The notes under the pieces were generated by a model. The model was given only the letters and a program-made list of their open reading frames with translations, had not been told where the DNA came from and made no database searches. A stretch of DNA of 64,000 bases from Vicugna vicugna (taxonomy: Eukaryota): assembly GCA_013265495.1 (NCBI GenBank), contig MU057652.1, positions 1-64,000 of the forward strand, written 5' to 3'. Positions 12,973 through 26,100 of the stretch are shown piece by piece. Position numbers and translations under genes: made by a program. How positions within the stretch are numbered: position 1 is the first letter of the stretch; each line of letters opens with the position of its first letter.

Positions 12973-13210
12973 TGTTACCCCTAAAAGGTAAAGATCGCAG
13001 ATCTTGTCTTACCTGAAAGATAGGTTTACAGTCAGGAGATGGTGCATTGTGTGGCAAAAGATTTTAAAGATTTATTTAGAAAAGAAAAAAGACAACTCTA
13101 AGAATGGGAGGTGGGCTGACCCCCGAGGGAGTTCCTGTCTATTTGGTTTACATACCTTTTTTGGAAGCTTAATTTCTGTTTTACTAACATGTCCATCTAC
13201 CTTCCTTATG
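12973..13210 (-). mobile_element. Possible truncated ERV LTR fragment
   Basis: Begins tgttacccc with LTR-like composition; no matching terminus or TSD found. Confidence 0.3.
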
Positions 13211-13299
13211 ATAAATATTTGTATGGTGTCATTTTAAAGTAAGATTGTATTTATAGATTAAATGTAACCAGTAGTGGACAGCATAAATATCAGTCTTTC

Positions 13300-15310
13300 C
13301 AGAAATAAAACCCACATAGATATGGTCCAGTGGTTTGCAATGAAGGGGCCAAGAATACACAGCAGGGAAAGAATAGTGTCTTTTATAAGTGGTATTGGGG
13401 AAACTGGACAGCCACAAGCAAAAGAAAGAAAATTGGACTTCTACTTTATATTGTACAAAAAAAATCAATGCAAAATGGATTAAGGACTTGGAAGTCAGAC
13501 CTACAGGCATCAAACACCGAGGAGAAAGCATAGGTGGTAAGACTCTTGACATCAGACTTAGTGGTGATTTTTCTGGGTTTGCTACCAGCGATGCAGAAAA
13601 ACAGATGGGGGTGTGAGGAGGGCTGTGTCCCAGGTCCTGGGGGAGCCCCTGGGATGTGCCCCGCCAAGTGTGGGTCTTTGGCTTTGCACAGGAAGGAATT
13701 CAAGAGCGAGCCATAATTGAATGAAGGTAGATTTATTCAGAGAGATGCATTGAAAGGTAAGAGGAAGGCCACGAGGTGTGGGGGTTCGGTACTCAGATTA
13801 AAAGTAGGTACACATTCCATAGACAGAGTGTAGGCTGTCTCCAAAGAGGGAGAGAGAGGGTGGCTAAGAGGGGCAGTTTTGCCCATTTTTATAGGCTCAG
13901 TGTCTTCATATGCTAATAAGTGGAAGGACCAGCCTAAGTAGCCTGGGGAAGGGGCTGGGATTCCCAGGGAGTTGACCATTTCCCACCCTTTGACCTATTG
14001 TGGCAGCCTCGGGACCGCCATTGTGCCTGTGGGCATGTTATTCACCATGCTGATATATTACAACAGGCGTATAGTGAAGCTCAAGGTCTACTAGACGTCA
14101 AATCTCCCACCATCTTGAGCCTCAAGGCCTCCTGGGGGTTGAATCTTCCACCATTTTGATGTTAATTGCTGTAGTGTTCCTTGAATGATTGTGCCCTGTC
14201 TCAGCAGCATGAGAGGCAACAGAAGCAGTGATAAACAAGGGGGACCACATCAGACAGCACAGTGCACGGAGCATCAACAAAATGAAAAGGCAACCTACGA
14301 GTCAGAAGAAAATATTTGCAAATGACATCTCTTATAAGGGGTTAATATCCAAAATATATCATGAGCTCATACAACCAAGAGCAAAAAGCTAAACTATCAG
14401 ATTGAAAAAATGGTCAGGGGATCTGAACAGATATTTCTCCAAAGAAGACATACAGATGACTAACAGGCAAATGAAAAGGTGCTTAACAGCAGTAATTATC
14501 AGAGATATTGCAAATTAAAACAACAAAGAAATATCACTCACACCTGTCAGAATGGCCGTCATCCAAAAAAAAAAAAAACACAATTAAATGTTGGCAAGGA
14601 TGTGGAGAAAAAGGAACCTCTGTACAGTATTGCTGGGAATGTAAATTGGTGCCGCTGCTGTGGCAAGCAGTATAAAGGTTTCTCAAAAACTAAAACTAGA
14701 GCTACGGTGTAAGCCAGCATTTCACTCCTGGTTTTACATCTTAAAAAAAAAAAATCTCAAAACACTGTATCAGAAAGATAGAAGACACTTGCACCCCAAT
14801 GTTTGTAGCAGCATTACTTACAATTGACAACATTTGGAAACAACCTAGGTGTCCATCCACGGATGGATGGATAAAGATACAGCCTATGTATGTGATAAAA
14901 ATGCTACTCGGAATAAAGAAAGAACGAAATTCTGCCATTTGCAAGAACATGGCTGGACCTAGACAGTATTACACTAAGTGAACAGTCACACAGAGACAGA
15001 CCCGTACTCTACATTATGATTCACATGTGGAATCTGAAAAAATGAAACAAATGAATGTAACAAAACAGAAACAGAGTCACAGATGTAGAGAACAAACCAC
15101 TGGTTACCAGTGGAGAGAGGGAAGGGAGTGGGGCAAGATGGGGGTAGGGAATTAAGACGTACCAACTACTATACATAAAATAAATATGCTGAAAGGATAT
15201 ATTATAAAGAATAGGGAATTTAGCCAGTATTTTATAACTTTAAATAGAATATAATCTATAAAAATTTAGAATCACTATGCTGTACACCTGAAACTAATAT
15301 GCTGTTTTAA
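13300..15310 (+). mobile_element. L1MA-like ORF2 C-terminus and 3' UTR, split by an LTR
   Basis: Track ORFs show L1 ORF2 motifs (FYKWYWGNWTATSKR, KWIKDLEVRP, MFVAALLTIDNIWKQPRCPSTDGWIK); 3' UTR ends ...tgctgtacacctgaaactaatat. Confidence 0.9.
13589..14203 (-). mobile_element. ERV1-class solo LTR nested in L1
   Basis: Ends ...ctgtctCA (14203); start is probably a mutated TG (cgatgcag); imperfect TSD ccag/gcag; antisense AATAAA near 13732; L1 text resumes on both sides. Confidence 0.75.
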
Positions 15311-15359
15311 GTAACAATAGCAAATATATATATGTGTGTATATTTATATATACATATAT

Positions 15360-15890
15360 ATGGAACTTATAACAATTAAGTAACAAACAAAACCAATGAA
15401 AAAGCAAATAATCTGATGAAAAAGTAGGTGAAGGACACAAATGTGCATTTTTCCAAAGAAGTCATGCAAATGGCACAAGTATATGAAAAGATCTTCAGTG
15501 TCACTAATCATAGGGGAAATGCAAGTAAAAACTACATGGTCCTATCACCTCACACCCATTGGGGAGTTTATTATAAAAAGACTAGAAATAACAAATGTTG
15601 GTGAGGGTGTGGAGAAAAAGAAATCCTTGGACATTATTGGTGGGAATGGAAACTGGTGGAAAACAAGATGGCGGTTCCACTCAAAATGAAAAATTGAACT
15701 TCTCTGTGATCCGATAATCCCACTTCTGGGTGTATACATACCCGAAGGGAATTGAATCACTGTCTCAAAGAGATATTTGCACTCTTGTGTTTATTACAGC
15801 ATTATTTACAATGGTATTTACAGGGATCAAGTTATAGAAATCATCGTAAAAGTTCATCAGTGGATGAATGGATAAAGAAGAAAAAAATTA
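15360..15890 (+). mobile_element. L1 ORF2 C-terminal fragment
   Basis: Track ORF MKRSSVSLIIGEMQVKTTWSYHLTP...TNVGEGVEKK matches the L1 ORF2 C-terminal domain. Confidence 0.85.
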
Positions 15891-18397
15891 CCCACATATA
15901 CAAAAACTTTTCAAAAACCATTAGAGTATTCCAATTTATTTTCCAAAACTTGACATTGCATTATTAACGTCACCCATTTATCTCACACTGCGTATATACA
16001 CTCCTTTATTTTATTATAAAATGTATCATATACAGTTGTCATAATATTTTATCACTATTGATTCTAAATATTTGTAAAGTTACATAACTTCTCAATAAAC
16101 ACTTGTGTCTTGAAATGGGTAAAATTTAATTCAATGTCAATGAATAAGTTACTTGCAGTGTCTACCATATCAAGTCACTGCAAGTCGGTGGAAACTTGTG
16201 GAATATTCTATGAGCGTTGCTATTATAAGCCTATGCTTTCAGAAAAGTGTATCATATTACTTCAGACCAACTCTTCATATTCTATTCTTACTTTAGTGTT
16301 TAAGAATAAAGTATTTCTGAAACCCTCGAATTCGTAGGGAGAATCTTTTTAAAATGTCAACGAAATGCCATTTCTTCATGCTTGAGCAACTCAAAATTGG
16401 CTAAAATTATTCCCTTCCAACTTTCTGAAACGTTTTTATCTGAATTCTAAGAACAATCAATGGGTTTTAGTGGCAAGGGTGAGACTATTGTAAATGTCAG
16501 GGTGGATAAGTTTCCAAATTAATTTTAGAGTCACCTTTTTCATCATAATGAAATTGTGCTAAATTTAAAAAAAAAATTTTCTGCAGACTCTCATTTCAGT
16601 CAAGATTCTGTCATGCTGCACTTTCTACAATTGGTAATTTAATGTCACATGCAACGCTATATGTAGATATGCATATAAAATTAATATATATATATCTATT
16701 GTATCAAATGTTTGAGAATCTGTTATATAAAAGACATTGGGTTATATAAGATACCATTTAATGGACATTCATGATTGAATAACTGAAAAATTGCTGGGCT
16801 CAAATCTACTTTCTTTTAAGGATTTATATGCACATAACATTACGATCAGCAGGGTGTTTCAGTAAATTCTCTCTTACATAACATGATCAGTGAAATAAAA
16901 CAGTCTTATTTCTGAAAGGGAAAAAAATAATTTCATATATAGCTATGAAAACGTATTATGTTAAATAAAGTCTTTTAGCAAATAAATAGATCAATAGTTT
17001 AATTATAATTTTGTGGAATTTTAAGTTTGGAAACACCAAGGAATGTGAAGAGGTGGAAAGACGGTGGTACCTGATTTAGGAGGAGAGGCTTCGGCTAAAA
17101 ATGGAGGGAATCCCAGTTTGTCCAGTGAGCTCACAGCGGAGTGATGCACAGCTTAAGAGGAAAAGTAATGGAGCATTTTTGGTGTCTCTTCTGGACTGTG
17201 TAGACGTTTAAAGGATCAATAAGAAGAAATTTATTTTTTTTAATTTTAATAAAATGACTCCTACTTAACCAGTGTTAAGGAAATAGGAAAAAATATTTAT
17301 GAGAAGGGAAGGAAGGGAGGAGAGTGTGGGTGGTTAGTCCAAGACGTGCTGAGCAATTATTCAAATGTAAAGAGCTACCAACTGGCTAATTTGCTGCCAA
17401 TAGGTTTGACGCTCTTTAGCACTCAAATATTTTTTCCTTATTAAATTAAGTAGGAAACAGCACATGACAGGGACCCACATGGTAGTGGATAACGTAATAC
17501 AATTTCACATTCAGCAGCACATCTTTGCTGCCAGTTGCTTGTGCAATAAACAATCAGCAGCTGAAAAGAAAAACAAAAACTAAACCAAAAAAAACTCCCC
17601 TGAAAGATCTCAGCATTAGCACACAGATTAAAAAGTCATCCTGATGGTCTGGTGTAGATGCACGGTTAAGAAAAGGCGTCTTCCATCACAGCGTCCCTAA
17701 GAATGGTCTGTTGAATCAGGACTGGGAAATTTCCCTTGAAAACAAAAACAGTGAATTTGTTTATTCATTTAAGTCATCTTTAAAAATGGAACTCAACTGT
17801 GACATACGCAGTTGCATGATTTTTTTTTCAACTCTTGTGGATGTTTATTATGTTATAAATTAGGAAAACAGAGGGTTTATTTTAACATGTACGTTGTAGG
17901 CTATTCGGGGCACACGTAACCGACCCAGGAACAAGTGGTTTTGAGTCCTGTGTTTCGTCCTGTGGGGAAAGGGTGAGAGGCGTGGCCTTCAAGGGAACTC
18001 AGCTCTAAATCAATGTCCAATAGCAATCACTCACCCTTGATGAATACTGGTTTTTTGTTTGTTTGTTTGTTCTTTTTGGTATTTAGACCAAAAAGTTGAG
18101 AAACCAGCTATGAAGAAACAAAAAAGAAGGAAAAATCCATGTGATGGGTAATAGAACGTCTTTAATGGGCTAGGCACTCTGACTCTCAGTTTCTCCCTTA
18201 ATATTCCCTCAGCCTGATGGGTAGATATAAAATGGGACTAGTTTCACACAAATGAGAATCTTTCTGTGTTGGTACCTTTGTAAGTGGCAGAGCAAAGTCT
18301 GTCTGTAGACGCCAAAGTCCATGTTAGTTCCATGTCTTTCTGCAAAATGGTTAACTTTTTCTTTCCCAGAAAGGAAGTCCATTTTTGCCCTTGCAAA

Positions 18398-18399
<2 letters not shown>

Positions 18400-18440
<41 letters not shown>

Positions 18441-18454
18441 AAAAGAAAGAAAAA
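18400..18454 (+). repeat. Poly(A)/A-rich tract
   Basis: About 39 A followed by GAAA-type units; no obvious retroelement body upstream. Confidence 0.9.
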
Positions 18455-20124
18455 GGAAATGTTTAACCACTGCCTTCTAGTAGGCTATGAATAGTGAACT
18501 TGGCTTTGAATGGAGGTTTTAGCAAGACTGAGCCATATGGAATTCTCTAATGTCTCTGGATCCCAGCCTTTTGTGTACAGTGCCATAGAAATTTCCAGAA
18601 TGTCTGGTTGAATTCAGACCTAGGAGATGCTCCATTGAAATGAAGATATTATTGCCCGTTATGTTTGGAAAATCTTGCAACCCTGTTCTATTAGGGTATT
18701 GAAGGCTCTCTCAGGTAGAGTGAAGTGATCCAGTTAACTAAGATGACCTGAGATTGGCTTATTTCTCACAAAAGCCATTTTCTGAGTAGTATTATCAGCA
18801 GTCTGGAAGAGTCAGCATTTCCTCTTAAACTTCTTAAAAAAAAAAAAAAACACACAAAACTCACCCGGCACTGGAGGCTGGAATCACATTTCCAGAAGTG
18901 AGAAGAGCAGGGCTCTGTTTAGAGTTCTGTGTGTCTGTTTTGTCTCTTGTGAATCTTAACTCATTTTCCAGAGGAAAGCAAATCCTTTTAGCATGTGTTT
19001 ATAAAGAACTAAAAAAATAACAGATTCTGTTTCTTTTTTTTTAATTCTGCATAAGGAATAAACTGTTGCACAGTAAGACCTGTTTCTTCCATTGACTTCT
19101 CCCCAAGCTTTTGTGAGCTCTGTTTAATATTCACCGCATCTTCTGCTCACATTTTTTTAAAAAAATCCAATATCGTTTAAGAATGAATACTGTTTTAAAG
19201 GAGCTTTAAAAAATATGCATTGCTATTAATTTCTCTATTTAAAGAGCTATTTAGAAGCAAATGTAACCAGATATGTTCAGTAACTATTTTAAGCATTCCA
19301 GAAAATTGGTATCTGCGTAGTTTAATTTCTCCAATTTGATCAATTGATCAGCTAAGGATTAGCAAAAGTGACCTTGTAAGTATAATCAGAATTGAGAAAT
19401 TATTGAACCCAAGTTTGAAGGGTTAATGTTCATTGTTATATATTTTAGGATTATTTGACTTGGTTTATTTTTAATATATAAACCTAAGTAGGTGATAGTG
19501 AAATGATTTTTAAAAGGTGTCACATTGCAATAATTAGTAACTCATTATTGTAAAAGTCGCATAAAATTTATCATCTAAACTATTTTTAATTGTACAGTTT
19601 AGTGGTATGAATTGTATTCTGTCTAACAACCTGCAGAGGGAAAGAATATATATTTGGCCTTCCACAACCACTGCTTTTTAATACATATTGATTGGTCATC
19701 ATTGCTAAAGGTGTCCTGGCTATTGAGAAATGCATCCATCTCAGTGGTTGAAGAAATATATGAGAATTAATTGGATATTAATTACCTGCCTACAGCAATC
19801 AAATTAATCAAAAAATTAATTAGCTGCCTACAACAATGAAATTAATCAAAAATTCTGTTTATTTACTCATTTTATGCTCTATTTATACAGTTGAAATCTC
19901 CAAGGCAGAAAAATAACACCTAAATCAACAAAGGTAAAACAAGATTTTAAATATATGATAGAAAATACGATATAAAATATACTCTAATTGCTAGAGATTG
20001 CACAAAGATTGCCTGAAATTATTTGATAAATGGTTAATACAATCTTGTGTTTAACCATCTTTACTATGTCATATAATTTAACCATAAAGAACTGGTACCT
20101 CATCATCCAGATGCGGGTGTCAGC

Positions 20125-20270
20125 TGCAGCTCTGACACTTACCAGCTTCATGGTTTCAAAACTCATCACATATTCTGGGAACTTCAGTTTACCCAGCTAT
20201 AATGTGTAGATAATTCTGCCAATCACATGTAGTATTTACTAGAACAGAAAGAGGATATCTGAAGACCATA
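20125..20270 (+). mobile_element. MIR SINE relic
   Basis: gctctgacacttaccagct...ttcagtttacccagctataatg resembles the MIR core. Confidence 0.45.
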
Positions 20271-21105
20271 AATCATCAAGGATTTTGAGTATAAAATTTA
20301 AAATATTTTCTCACAAAGTTAAACCAAAATTTTCATAAGGATTTATTAAGAAGTTTTAGAAATTTATGTATTAAAAGTTTTAGCAGAAACTTATATCTGG
20401 TATATGTTTTATGGAAATTATAGATATCCTTGAAGATAAAGAAAAAGCAACTAATTAAACATTGTCAAATACATAATAAAATGATTTTTTCCTCCAAGAT
20501 ATTAATGACTTGATGTAAACATAAAGGTCACCAATTTCTAAGACATTGAAGAAATGAAATAGACAGCTGATCAAGCGCTAGTAAATTATTAAAGATAAAT
20601 AAAATTCATCTGGAAAAGTCAAGCTGCCTGTTATCAAAACAAAGATTACTTCAGAACTTCTAAGATGTCCCCAATATTTAGTTAAAAATATACTAAGAAA
20701 GGCAGTGAATTTAGTCACTATTTATTCTGTAAGCAAACATTGTTACTGGCACCACCTATCTGCCCTAGTAATTGGGATCAAACGGTGAAAATTTACAATT
20801 CCTGCTATCCATTTACAAGAGAAGATAAATAAGCAGAAATAATTTCAAAACCTTGTGATAAGTGGATAATTTGAAACTATTGTGCTTGCACAAGATTTTA
20901 TAAGACCAAAAAGAGTTTTTGAGATCACGAAATATGTTTTTTTCCTATCTACTTAAATAAGAATCAATTAAGAGTCATTTTACAGATCATTTTAACATTC
21001 CCAGCATTTTAAACAGGAAACATATCTCTTCCTCCAACACAGCTTTCCTTCAGCCTTACTTGAAAACTATGATAAAGGGTATACATTGAGTTCAAAGTAC
21101 CTCAT

Positions 21106-21483
21106 TGTGAGCTGGCCTTGAGATGAGTTAAGGCCGTGGGACCCAAGGCCACGTTCAGAGCATGTTTGTAGTAATGCAGTAAATAATTGCTAATGCATGC
21201 ATCTATAAGATTTAGAACAAAGAAAATAGAAGTATACATGTGCTAGAGATACTTTGTAAGCCTAATGAACAAAGAAACTCACATTGCACATGTGTTGGCA
21301 GAGAACAAATAAAAAGCAAAGACAGGTGCATCATAGGCACGCACATCCTTGTGGCAATAAAGTGTTGTTAACCCCTTGGTGTCTCTGGCTGAAGTCTGTC
21401 CAGTGGTTTGGCAACTCCTCGTGCATTTTTTCATTTGGGCCGCTCACCTCCTAGAACCCCACGTCAGCCTCCCTTGGCTGACA
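21106..21483 (+). mobile_element. Solo LTR with 5-bp TSD
   Basis: TG..CA termini, AATAAA near 21356, TSD ctcat (21101-21105) / ctaat (21484-21488). Confidence 0.75.
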
Positions 21484-21648
21484 CTAATGCTATAAGTAAG
21501 TGTTTCATAAAATGAGCATACAGAATTTTTTGTTTTTATTAGTTGAAGAAAATGAATCAGAGACACAAACCATGGCCAACATTGCCAATAGGCAGGAAAC
21601 TTATTCCATTAGCTCATATATATGTAAACACCACGGTAGGCACTTAGA

Positions 21649-21693
21649 TAAAACAAAACAAAACAAAATAAAACAAAACAAAACAAAACAAAA
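21649..21693. repeat. (AAAAC)n microsatellite
   Basis: Read directly from the sequence. Confidence 0.9.
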
Positions 21694-21780
21694 TACTAAT
21701 AAATGTGTTCAGCAAATGCAATTTAATAAAGGCAAAAAAATAATATATCGAATTGTGATTGGAGATAGATAAGATAAATT

Positions 21781-22099
21781 NNNNNNNNNNNNNNNNNNNN
21801 NNNNNNNNNNNNNNNNNNNNNNNNNNNNNNNNNNNNNNNNNNNNNNNNNNNNNNNNNNNNNNNNNNNNNNNNNNNNNNNNNNNNNNNNNNNNNNNNNNNN
21901 NNNNNNNNNNNNNNNNNNNNNNNNNNNNNNNNNNNNNNNNNNNNNNNNNNNNNNNNNNNNNNNNNNNNNNNNNNNNNNNNNNNNNNNNNNNNNNNNNNNN
22001 NNNNNNNNNNNNNNNNNNNNNNNNNNNNNNNNNNNNNNNNNNNNNNNNNNNNNNNNNNNNNNNNNNNNNNNNNNNNNNNNNNNNNNNNNNNNNNNNNNN
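21781..22099. other. Assembly gap (N run)
   Basis: Ns in the sequence; smaller gaps at 25999-26044, 40016-40029 and 47889-47902. Confidence 1.
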
Positions 22100-22974
22100 C
22101 TATTTTATTACTGCAAATTTAATTATACTGAAGTAATTTTACTGACTACTTTGCATTCATTTAGTCCTGGTGAGTTTTTGAAGATAATATGAATACACAA
22201 AAGCAAAAATGTGTTTTATATATGAGATGAAAGCACATAAAGGATGCTAATTTTGTTTCTGTGTGTAATTGTAAACTTTCCCTTTTCTTTGAAATTTGTA
22301 TGTATTACAGATTGAGCATGAATAGAGTAGCTTTATAGAATTATTCCTACCATTTTTATATTTTATAATTCCATTAACCATCATAAAGGAACTATAATAT
22401 AATACAAATAAAAAGTAGGGTTCTACGCTGATCTTTTTCTTTCCTGAATATATATTTAAATAGTATTTATTATAATAAACACTTAGGGTTTTTTTCTACT
22501 ATTATAAAGCCAAAGTTAAAGATACCATAATTTATAACATTTCTCCTTGAAATGTTGAATATCTAGACTTAAAATATATATTTTTAAGCATTAATAGGGC
22601 CTACATAAATTTGTGTTTAATAAAATACAGCCAGCTATGTTGTTAAGTAAACAAATTTTTCTCCTTAAAACTAGTGTAAAGCAAAAAGATCCTGAATCTT
22701 ATGAAGCAAAATAACATTTAAAATTGGAACACAAAAGACATGACATTTGAGGATCTGTTCAACTGAGAAACTAAGATTTATTAGATTCAATTAAGTTTCT
22801 TACACATCGTCTGTGTTATGCCAAATTCAATATAGCAACAGGAATAGATTATAAAATTCCACCCATCTTTTTATAGCTTCCATTATCATATTTACATGTG
22901 TATTTTTCTCTGTCTTTTATTCAAACATCTGGAATGGCATGCCAGTTTCGCTTGACTTGGCGTTTGCATTTGAA

Positions 22975-23950
22975 TCTTTTAATAGCTTTATGAAAATAGA
23001 ATTAGCACAACATTAATAAAATTAAATGGAATTTTCCACTTAAGTGTAAAATTTAATGTTTGTTTTTTACATAAATAGAATTGTCCAACCATCACCACAA
23101 TCCATTTTAGGATATTTAACACCTTCCCACCCCAAGAAACCCTACGCTCATCCAATAGTCACTCCATTATCATGGCCACCTCTCAGGTCACAACAATATG
23201 CAACTATTAATGTAAATTCTGCTTCTATAAATTTGCTCATTTGATATGATTTATATACATGAGCTGTTGAATTTTGTTAATTGATTTTTCTGTGTCTGAT
23301 ACAATCAAATTTTTTCTCCCGTTCATTATAATTATATATGCGGTATGTCAATTAATTTTCAGATGCTATGGCAACACGGCATTTCTGGAAAAATTCTCAC
23401 TTTCTCTGTGTATACTCTTTTTATATGTTTCTGAAGTCAGTTTGCTAGTGTTTTCTTAAAGATTTCAGTGTTTCTATTTAAAAGACATATTAACCTCTAG
23501 TTTGCTCTCTCTGATAATATAATATTTATACTTAGGTAATATTTTATCTGACTTTGAGACAGTGTAATGCTGGTCTGATTGAGTGAGTTGGGGTGTGTTA
23601 CTTCAAGAGTTTTCTGAAGAGTTTATATCGATTCTTTCTTTTCTTTTCTTTTCTTATTTTAGAAATCACTGGTAAAAACATTTTGGACTAAGCTTATCTC
23701 TGTGAGAAGTTTTAAAAGTATTAATTAAATCTCTTTACTTATGGGAAGTCTATTCTGATTTTGAATCTATTTTATGAGTCATTTTTCACACTTTATATCT
23801 TTCTAGCAATTTTTTAAAAATTTTATTTATGTTATCTAATTTTGGCATAGTGTTGTTCATATAATACTTTTGAACATGTATAATTCTCTTTATTCAATAA
23901 TATTCAATAATATTAGTAGCAATATTCATTCTTCTGTCATTCCTGACTTT
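22975..23950 (-). mobile_element. Old L1M fragments
   Basis: Antisense tail (ttttaatagctttatgaaaatagaatt...ccaaccatcaccacaatccattttag) and ORF2-type text (tcagtttgctagtgttttcttaaagatttc). Confidence 0.65.
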
Positions 23951-23954
23951 AACA

Positions 23955-24715
23955 GACTGTATTTTGCTTTAAGTCTCTACGTTTTGGTCCTTGTCTTGAA
24001 TCCTTGGCACTAAGATGCTAGAATTTACAAGATTTTTGAAGCAATAAAAGCATCTTCGGTAGTTATGAGCTCCTTGGATCAGACCTGAGATTATGCTAAT
24101 AAACAGACTTATGATTGGCCCCCCAAATAGCATCAGGATGGGAGCTGGAAATGCCAGGAAGGCCAATTGTTTATTAGAGAGTTGGAGCTTTGTGCCACCA
24201 GATATTCATCTGACTCCTCCCCTCAATCTCTGGAGCATAGAAGGAGATTGGATACTGTGTTCAATTTTATGGCCCATCATGATTAAGTAAATCATATCTG
24301 TGTTAATTCAATTTCCACCAAATTCTGGACTCTGAAGCTCAGTGAAGCTTTCTTGGTGGAAAAGACATTGATATGCTAAGAAGATGGTGCACCCTGATTT
24401 CACAAGGAGTGGGCTTACAAATTCTGTATTCCAGAAATCCCTAGACCTCACTCTATATTTGGCTATTGCTCAATTATGTTGTTTATAATAAAACTTTACT
24501 ATTAAGTGTATGCTATTTCCTGAGTTCAGTGAGTAAAAGCTCTACTTAATTACTGAACCTGAGGGGAGTTGTGTGGAAACTGCGAAGATTTGTAGCCAGC
24601 TCGTGTGACCTAAGGGAATTTAGTTGTGGACCATGCTCTTGTGCGTTCTGTGCTGACTCTGGGTGGTTAGGGCTGGAATCAGATTGCACTACCCCAGCTG
24701 GGGTTGGTGACAGAA
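23955..24715 (+). mobile_element. MER21-like LTR
   Basis: gattatgctaat, ggatgggagctgg, ttataataaaact, ttcctgagttcagtgagt, gatttgtagccag are typical of MER21-family LTRs; followed by a PBS. Confidence 0.75.
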
Positions 24716-24719
24716 TAGT

Positions 24720-24740
24720 TGGTGTCAAAAGTGGGATTCG
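24720..24740 (+). other. Retroviral primer-binding site complementary to the tRNA-Leu 3' end
   Basis: TGGTGTCAAAAGTGGGATTCG is one mismatch from TGGTGTCAGAAGTGGGATTCG (complement of the tRNA-Leu(CAA) 3' end) and lies just after the LTR. Confidence 0.75.
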
Positions 24741-25885
24741 ATAGGAAGACTCATTGAAATACGTGGTTTCAGAATGACATATTTCTTGTCAGGATGGTTG
24801 ACAAGATGAATAAAAATTTCACATCAAGTTAGTCTCCCATTGCAATACTTTATAAGCCAAAGGACAATGTGTCAACGTATATATTTTGAGAGAATAGTAT
24901 TCATATCTAAAGAAATACAGCAATGCTACATTGTCCCCCAAAAGCTTTAAATAGAAAAAAAATCACAGTAAAATCTCCTCATTACTCAAGTCCTTGTGGA
25001 CTTGTGTTTTTTTGTCATTGGAAACAAATAATTCATTATCACTTTTTAAATGTCACATGTTCAAATATACTAGATGCTGACTTGAAATTTCTGAATTAAT
25101 ACCCACGTTTATAAATCCATCCAAAAAAAAACACATTTATTTGCAACATTGACATTGGATTCATGCTATGTATGCCTAGTAAATGTGTTTCTTGAAAGCC
25201 AAGACACTCAGTGTCTCAATATTTCCTTATGCATGCATCCAAGTTCTTGGCTTGGAAGACCGACCAAAAAGTATGGCACCTTCCAAAGTCTGTTACTCTT
25301 CCCTTCTTCCATCTTCCAACTTTACAATCAAGACTTCTGAAGGGGCCACAGGAAACTCTTCTGGGTGAGAGAAAGCTAAAAGCGATATTCTTTGACGTAC
25401 TCTGTAAAGTTCTCCAAAAGGTTTATCAGACACTCAGTCCCTTAATAAATATTTATTGAAAATTTTGCTGTCTGGAGAACACACAGTTCAACTAGAGACC
25501 AGAGCAGTGACTGAGACCTGGGCTGTCCTCCGGAAGCTTCCAGGCTGGATAAAAACAAGTCTATCAAAAACACAGTGAGATGCAGAGAAAAATAAATCAA
25601 ATAAAGACCTAACACTTTTGAGAGTGAAGTAAGCCCTTCTGTGTCATACAGAAGACTCTAAACAGATCTGATGGATGCATGAGGGTCAGCCCACTAGGGG
25701 TCAGTGTGGAGGGCATGGTGGCGTGTTCTGGGCATGAAGGACACGGCGTGCATAGATTTCCAGAATTTAGATGGGCCATACAATGGATTAAACTGAATTC
25801 CGTTTCATGAATTTTTTGTTCTTGCTTGTTTACTTACCTATTATTTATTTATATTTAAAAATCCTTCTTGTGGTATGATTTCTGA

Positions 25886-26100
25886 ACATGGATGGACCTG
25901 GAGATCATCATTCTGAGTGAAGTTAAGTCAGAAAGAGAAAGAAAAATACCATATGAGATCGCTCATAGGTGGAATCTAAAAAAAAAAAAAAAAAAAAANN
26001 NNNNNNNNNNNNNNNNNNNNNNNNNNNNNNNNNNNNNNNNNNNNAAGGACATAAATTAACTTATTTACAAAACAAAGACAGACATAGAGAACAAACTCAC
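25886..26100 (+). mobile_element. L1 ORF2 end/3' UTR fragment spanning a gap
   Basis: aacatggatggacctggagatcatcattctgagtgaag...gagaaagaaaaataccatatg matches the L1 at 49750-49840. Confidence 0.85.

Noticed and set aside
21759..22136. 125-aa ORF
   Set aside because: Consists almost entirely of an N gap.
24720..24740. tRNA gene
   Set aside because: Only a 21-nt complement of a tRNA 3' end next to an LTR, with no cloverleaf; it is a PBS.
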